Shown here piece after piece: positions 61,948 through 64,000 of a DNA stretch of 64,000 nt (positions are counted from its first letter, which is position 1; every line of letters starts with the position of its first letter). The translations under genes were made by a program, and so were the position numbers. The stretch is from Fistulifera solaris (taxonomy: Eukaryota), in contig AP026125.1 in NCBI GenBank assembly GCA_030295235.1, positions 124,001 through 188,000 of the forward strand, written 5' to 3'. A model generated the notes under the pieces. The model was given only the letters and a program-made list of their open reading frames with translations. It had not been told where the DNA came from and did not search any database.

Positions 61948-63756
61948 TCATAGCTTACAAAACTGGGGCAAGGATAGCTGGGTGCTCGTCCCCGGAAGCA
62001 TGATACAGGCTGTGATCGAATCATACACCAGCGAGATATAGCGAAGCATTTGACACGACAGCTCCGTAAAGTAAGGTTGCCAAGAAAATTGAAACACGGG
62101 ACGAGGAAATACTAAGCTGCCAATCGAGCGCAGTCCATCGAGGACCCAGCACACTAACATGTGCCCCAAATGAAAGATCCATCCCCACAGCTCGCTCAGA
62201 AATACAAAGGGAGATCGGCGACGCGCATTCTGTTCCAATTGCAGAATTCGAGCTTCTTGGTCACGTCGTATGGATTCCATTTCGACCATCAGTTCCATCA
62301 CAACGCGTTGGTAACATATGATGGACTCTTTCGCATACATATCATGGATCGACACGCTCGCTTGCAAAGCTTTAATTTCGTCCGTGAGTTTCTTGAAAAT
62401 GGGTTCCATGGGGCTATTGACCTGAGCGTTTCCGTTACTCGCCGACCCGGCAATTTTGGAATTGGCAAATTTTGTCTTAAAGTTGGGAAAATCGAGATCG
62501 AGGAGGCATCGGGAACTGGGCAGTCTCTCTAAAGCCTTGGCAAAGGCCAGTCCTGTTTCGACAAAATAATCCGCTTTTTCCGGTACTATTTCTGTAGACA
62601 GCACGGCATCAGCAACTTCGTGTTTCAATCCATATTTCTCGTGTGGTTCCGTGCCTTGTACTGTTTCCTCAAGGTCTTCCTTTCTTGCTTCGTGTATCAC
62701 AGGTTTTACAGTCTGTCTTTCATTTGGTGCTCGTTCACTATGCATTTTCTCAGGAACCATAGCTTTCGTTTCATCATTCGTATCCTTTACCACAATATGC
62801 CGAACTTTTTTCTGCGGTTCAACGCCCATATTTGCCAGCAGCTTGCGTATGTTTGTGACACAAGGTGCATCACTTCGTTCCACCAAACTCCACTCTCCTT
62901 TCTTCATCGTTTGTGGACTGGCGGCTGCTTTGCACGTGGGTTGTTCAGGTAACAAGCGACGACGTTGTAAGAGCGAATACTTTGGCGATGCGTTCGTACG
63001 AATCTTCACCCGCGACAAGAGAAAGATTGAAGCGACAGGAACGGCGGAGGGAGCGTTGAAGGATGACGCTGCAACGCCCGCGAAATCCAACGCCACCGGA
63101 CACGGAGCATTACTACTCAAAGGTAAAACGCAAGCCGTAATTGGATCCAAATCACTCGTCTCGGGTATCTCCGACGCGTCAACAATCTTTTCATCTACAG
63201 TTTCCACGGATGCTTCCTGATTCGTTTCTTCCCACTGTTCATGAAATCCCTGCAGCATCGTACTTCCGTGCACACTGATTTGGCTGACGGTGCAATAATA
63301 TTCGTTGCCGTAATGCGTCAAAAACTGAAATTTGAGATAGCGTGCCCAGGCGGGTTTCTGCAGTTCAAATGTCTGTTTACCATTGGTGGGCGATTTTCGT
63401 GAAGCCGTAAACGTCCCCAAATCCCTCCAGTTCCCCATGGTCATGGAACCTTGCACGCGGAATGTTTTCACATGACTGGAATATCGTTCGTAATTGGCCA
63501 AAACGACCTGTTTGACCAAAATATCTTCCGACAATCCAATGACGACGGATTTGTTGGGTTCTTCGCAAGGAACAATTGCGTATGCATCTTGATCGTTGGT
63601 CAATAAATTGGAAGTCCCTTGAAAATGCTCACTGCTTTCCAATACTAACGCACCGGCGGACTTGCTCGCATAATCGACTCGAAACAATTTGGCTTCTTCT
63701 TCGACGGGTTGGGGTGTCGGTAACGTGTCATCGATTGGTTGTTGTGTCTCATTCAA
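61948..63756 (-). CDS. Mid-SUN domain protein (SLP1/SUCO-like)
   Basis: DYASKSAGA, LSEDILVKQVVLANYERYSS, ARYLKFQFLTHYGNEYYCTVSQISVHG; coiled coil and hydrophobic C-terminus. The true start probably lies further upstream. Confidence 0.88.
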   Translation of the reverse strand: MNETQQPIDDTLPTPQPVEEEAKLFRVDYASKSAGALVLESSEHFQGTSNLLTNDQDAYAIVPCEEPNKSVVIGLSEDILVKQVVLANYERYSSHVKTFRVQGSMTMGNWRDLGTFTASRKSPTNGKQTFELQKPAWARYLKFQFLTHYGNEYYCTVSQISVHGSTMLQGFHEQWEETNQEASVETVDEKIVDASEIPETSDLDPITACVLPLSSNAPCPVALDFAGVAASSFNAPSAVPVASIFLLSRVKIRTNASPKYSLLQRRRLLPEQPTCKAAASPQTMKKGEWSLVERSDAPCVTNIRKLLANMGVEPQKKVRHIVVKDTNDETKAMVPEKMHSERAPNERQTVKPVIHEARKEDLEETVQGTEPHEKYGLKHEVADAVLSTEIVPEKADYFVETGLAFAKALERLPSSRCLLDLDFPNFKTKFANSKIAGSASNGNAQVNSPMEPIFKKLTDEIKALQASVSIHDMYAKESIICYQRVVMELMVEMESIRRDQEARILQLEQNARRRSPFVFLSELWGWIFHLGHMLVCWVLDGLRSIGSLVFPRPVFQFSWQPYFTELSCQMLRYISLVYDSITACIMLPGTSTQLSLPQFCKL

Positions 63757-64000
63757 ATGGGATATGGACTCGTTTCTTAAAAGCGTTGCATCCTCTTGTA
63801 TTATCTGCGGATCTTGCCGTGTATCTGAAGAATCGTCAGTAATATGACACCATTCCGTTTTATTATATACAAAAGTCCGTGGACAAGTGTCTTTTTCTAA
63901 AATTGTGGCGTGAAATAATTCAGAACCAAAAAAGTCATCCTGTAATAATCCGTAACTGTTCCTCCATAAATCATTCTTATCTTCAATAGCCAGAGGACTC

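Noticed and set aside
1..64000. A single co-regulated silicification cluster (proteases, GFAT, polyamine fusion)
   Set aside because: The genes are up to 45 kb apart with unrelated genes between; proximity alone is not evidence.
1..64000. tRNA or rRNA genes
   Set aside because: None recognised by eye; the only tRNA-related sequence is the 14-nt PBS.

Overview
Eukaryotic, gene-dense DNA with short spliceosomal introns, most likely from a pennate diatom. The evidence is CoDi-type Ty1/copia elements, an AdoMetDC-aminopropyltransferase-SET fusion, an FBP1-like binding protein and RXL/KxxK motifs. Left to right: (1) four tandem secreted leishmanolysin/M8-like metalloprotease genes with mucin- and silaffin-like N-termini, whose HExxH motif sits on a 21-nt micro-exon in every copy, copy 4 being a probable pseudo-enzyme; (2) a membrane-protein ORF, a divergent GFAT and a low-complexity ORF; (3) a young full-length copia element (LTRs, CATAG TSD, PBS matching a tRNA-Asn anticodon arm) nested antisense in the integrase of an RT-deleted copia element; (4) an orphan ORF and a hAT-like MITE; (5) two YTTGTV-domain paralogues and MutY; (6) four Cys-rich surface-protein paralogues with a PPC-like gene between them; (7) an HNH protein and two Ser/Arg-rich proteins sharing a C-terminal motif; (8) an RVxF-type protein, a CRY-DASH-like gene, the polyamine fusion, and TAF8-like, FBP1-like and SUN-domain genes. 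Many genes carry single-base frameshifts, often in homopolymers, which look like assembly errors. All family calls come from motif recognition by eye; no database searches were run.
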